DNA of 64,000 nucleotides, from positions 230,952,001 through 231,016,000 of the forward strand of contig NC_058368.1 in assembly GCF_018350175.1 (NCBI RefSeq), read 5' to 3'. The notes beneath the pieces were generated by a model that saw only the letters and a list, made by a program, of their open reading frames with translations, was not told where the DNA came from and ran no database searches. Positions 63,173 through 64,000 of this stretch are shown in pieces. Position 1 is the stretch's first letter. The number at the start of each line of letters is the position of its first letter. Made by a program: the position numbers and the translations under genes. This DNA comes from Felis catus (Eukaryota).

Positions 63173-63598
63173 GGGGCGCCTGGGTGGCTCAGTTGGTTAA
63201 GTGTCTGACTCCGGCTCAGGTCATGATCTTGCAGTTCACGAGTTCGAGCCCTGCGTTGGGCTCTGTGCTGACAGCTCAGAGCCAGGAGCCTGCTTTGTAT
63301 TCTGTGTCTCCCTCTGTCTCTGGCCCTCTCCCTTTCTCTCTCTCTCAAAAATAAACATTAAGGGGCGCCTGGGTGGCGCAGTCGGTTAAGCGTCCGACTT
63401 CAGCCAGGTCACGATCTCGCGGTCCGTGAGTTCAAGCCCCGCGTCGGGCTCTGGGCTGATGGCTCAGAGCCTGGAGCCTGTTTCCGATTCTGTGTCTCCC
63501 TCTCTCTCTCTGCCCCTCCCCCGTTCATGCTCTGTCTCTCTCTGTCCCAAAAATAAATAAACATTGAAAAAAAAATAAACATTAAAATTTTTTTTTAA
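63173..63598 (+). mobile_element. CanSINE with a younger SINEC (63362-63570) nested in its tail
   Basis: Outer TSD aaaaggaattaca; inner TSD aaaaataaacattaa. Confidence 0.94.
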
Positions 63599-63766
63599 AA
63601 AAGGAATTACATATTATTTTATGTATGGAACTACTTAATTTGGAGAAATCATAGACTATCATTTGGTTATCATTTAGAATAACTGACCCAATAGGCTGTA
63701 AGGCTAGTCTCAAGAAATTTCAAGTAAGTATCATATAGACCATATTCTCAGTATGGTCTATATGTG

Positions 63767-63885
63767 CTGTGCTGACAGCTTGGAGCCTGCTTGGGATTCT
63801 CTCTCTCCCTCTCTCTTTGCCCCTCCGCTACTTGCACTCTCTCTTTCTCTCCCAAAATAAATAAACAAATAAACATTAAATAAAA
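63767..63885 (+). mobile_element. 5'-truncated CanSINE
   Basis: Starts at ctgtgctgacagc; TSD agaccatatt. Confidence 0.88.
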
Positions 63886-64000
63886 AGACCATATTTTCTG
63901 AATCAGGCTTAAAAAATTCATTTAATAAAGCTTAAAGATATGTATTTTAAAAATGTTAAACATAATCCTAAATAACTTCTAGATCAGAAAAAGAAGAGGG

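Larger units (their letters stand above)
21437..64000 (-). other. ANKRD33B: Large upstream intron of ANKRD33B (probably intron 1); upstream exon beyond the window end
   Basis: Acceptor at 21437. No further ankyrin-coding exon or CpG-island promoter was recognised up to 64000. Confidence 0.7.

Noticed and set aside
68..63389. Recurrent ORFs such as MAQSVERPTSAQVMISRFVSSSPASGSVLTAQSLEPASDSVSPSLS and MGQRETEHERGRGRERGRHRIGNRLQ
   Set aside because: These are translations of CanSINE copies in either orientation, not a protein family.

Overview
This is mammalian, felid-type (cat-like) genomic DNA lying entirely inside the ANKRD33B gene on the minus strand. Two internal coding exons are present: 21307-21436 (130 nt) and 3226-3366 (141 nt). 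Both have canonical AG/GT boundaries, join in phase and encode ankyrin repeats. The first and last exons lie outside the window. The rest is intron, containing about 49 carnivore tRNA-derived SINEs (CanSINE/SINEC_Fc type), fragments of old L1, L2 and MIR, solo LTRs (MaLR/MLT, MER21-, MER34- and MER39-like), hAT-type MITEs (MER20 x4, MER5, MER33, MER45A), a degenerate U6 snRNA retrocopy and microsatellites. Almost all ORFs in the supplied track are spurious SINE or GC-rich frames. I see no new multi-gene system. The most interesting signals are records of local genome dynamics: an inverted templated insertion inside a MER20, a probable tandem triplication of one young SINE plus its target site, a fold-back at a truncated SINE junction, and strongly AT->GC-biased decay of the U6 copy. 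Repeat family names are from recall of consensus sequences, not a database search, and the boundaries of old repeats are approximate.
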